A stretch of 63,823 nucleotides of DNA, the filler included, from Phoronis australis (lineage: Eukaryota > Animalia > Phoronida): assembly GCA_002633005.1 (NCBI GenBank). It is 8 parts of 8 records of this genome, joined end to end, with 100 filler letters (N's around TTAATTAATTAA, not from the genome) between each part and the next. Parts side by side here need not be neighbours in the genome. Positions count along the whole stretch, not along the records: positions 57,840 to 63,823 come from NMRA01000894.1; 7 more parts are not named here. One strand, written 5' to 3'. The translations under genes were made by a program, and so were the position numbers. This document shows, in pieces, positions 62,643-63,823 of the stretch (within the stretch, counting starts at the first letter, position 1; each line of letters starts with the position of its first letter). The notes below the pieces were generated by a model that had not been told where the DNA came from, did not search any database, and saw only the letters and a list, made by a program, of their open reading frames with translations.

Positions 62643-63823
62643 TCTTAGCGGACAATTTCTTGAGCTACAGACTAAAGTAAGTTTTACTCCACTACGTGTG
62701 GTTTGTCGGGTAAAATGGCGGCTTGGAAACGCAGACGAAGGTGTGCCAAGAATCCTGCTTTCTGATTGGTCAATTAAGCCGTCCGTCATAATCCTGGCGA
62801 TAGGTCAATTATTGCAAAGCTCGTGAAAAGTGTGTTTTATGCTAACAATAACAGTTTTCTGAGGGTTGACACATCAGAATACTTGGTGAATGAGAAGGAC
62901 AAATTTTCAAAAGAAAAATGCACCTAAAGACCCCATGGTTGCACTAAATGACCTGAAACTTTGTATTTCAAATTGAATTAGACGTATCAATCAGTCCTGT
63001 GAATGTGAAGTGACTAGTTCAAAACTTTAGTTTGTACCTAATGACCTTTGACCTGTTTTGTTTGATTAGATGATTCGATAACTTAGAAAAGTAATTTTTA
63101 AAATTGGCTTGATGTCTTATACCAGTGCACCGAATTTGAAAAAGATAGCTTTAAAACTGAAGGAGTAGCAATTTGAAAATGATATGACCTTTGCACCAAA
63201 CGACCTTTCCGGTGCAATATGGAATATGATTATATAACGAATCAAAATTTATGTACTGTCGACACTCATATGCTGAATTTAAAGAATGTAACTGCACCCA
63301 ATTTGGAGTCATTGAGCGTCAAAGTTGGTCGGAAGAAGAATAAGAATAAGAACTAGAACGCAACTACGTATGCGCACTTACAACTCTGCGCCAGTGTTTG
63401 CTGGTGGATAGTGAAGTATAGGAGGATTACAATGCATAAAAGTTGCCTCCTTTGTGTGAAAGAGAGTGATGTCCCTGGTAACTATTAAACAGCAAGAGTA
63501 AAGAGTAAGAATATCAACGAAAAACTGCACCTAATGACCAAAACAGTTGTACCTAATGACCCCAAAGTTTGTGACTAAATTTTCTTTGCGAATGAAAACA
63601 ATATGCGTGATTATGTAAGGTCTAGCTCCATAATCACTTTTGCACTTAATGACCTTTGTCCCGGAAACTCGATTCCCTTGATCCGATTTAAATTCCACGC
63701 AAATTTTGGATGTACTTCTCTAGTGCCTGCTTGTTATCAAAATCGGGAGATTCTATCTGAAAACCTGTCGAAGAAGAAACAATTTAATAGAATGCACGTC
63801 TTGACCAGTTGCAGGTCAATCCG

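Larger units (their letters stand above)
60190..63823. mobile_element. Second HINE/Helentron-like family (pieces 60190-60730 and 62850-63823) interrupted by nested insertions
   Basis: Core (A)TGCACCTAA(T/A)GACC...AATGACCTT recurs at ~60420, ~62915 and ~63522; junction GGAAGAAGAATAAGAATAAGA-ACTAG at ~63330-63356. Confidence 0.5.

Overview
AT-rich, repeat-dense invertebrate (bilaterian-type) genomic DNA with spliceosomal introns. Seven identical artificial 100-nt spacers (N44-TTAATTAATTAA-N44) split it into eight segments that may not be natural neighbours. Host genes: one 142-bp exon of a G-protein alpha-i gene (minus strand, 2355-2496), three in-frame exons of a multi-VWA extracellular-matrix protein (34119-36295), an intact single-ORF TRIM-NHL E3 ligase (47884-49821) and a possible orphan single-pass membrane ORF (5930-6370). 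Most other interpretable sequence is transposon-derived: pogo/DDE_1, Academ-like (XPG + Cys finger), Kolobok-like (THAP + convergent ORF), IS3EU-like, further THAP relics, PIF/Harbinger-type MITEs, Helentron/HINE-like arrays, a Crypton-like foldback element carrying a tRNA-like cassette, plus mini/microsatellites and an 8-kb hierarchical satellite. The most notable non-coding signal is a 339-bp palindrome, probably in a G-alpha-i intron, with a Penelope-type minimal hammerhead ribozyme on each strand. A HINE-like element with a CTCF-like motif recurring through its internal repeats is also notable. No CRISPR array or prokaryotic system is supported. All family assignments come from motif recognition by eye, with no database searches.
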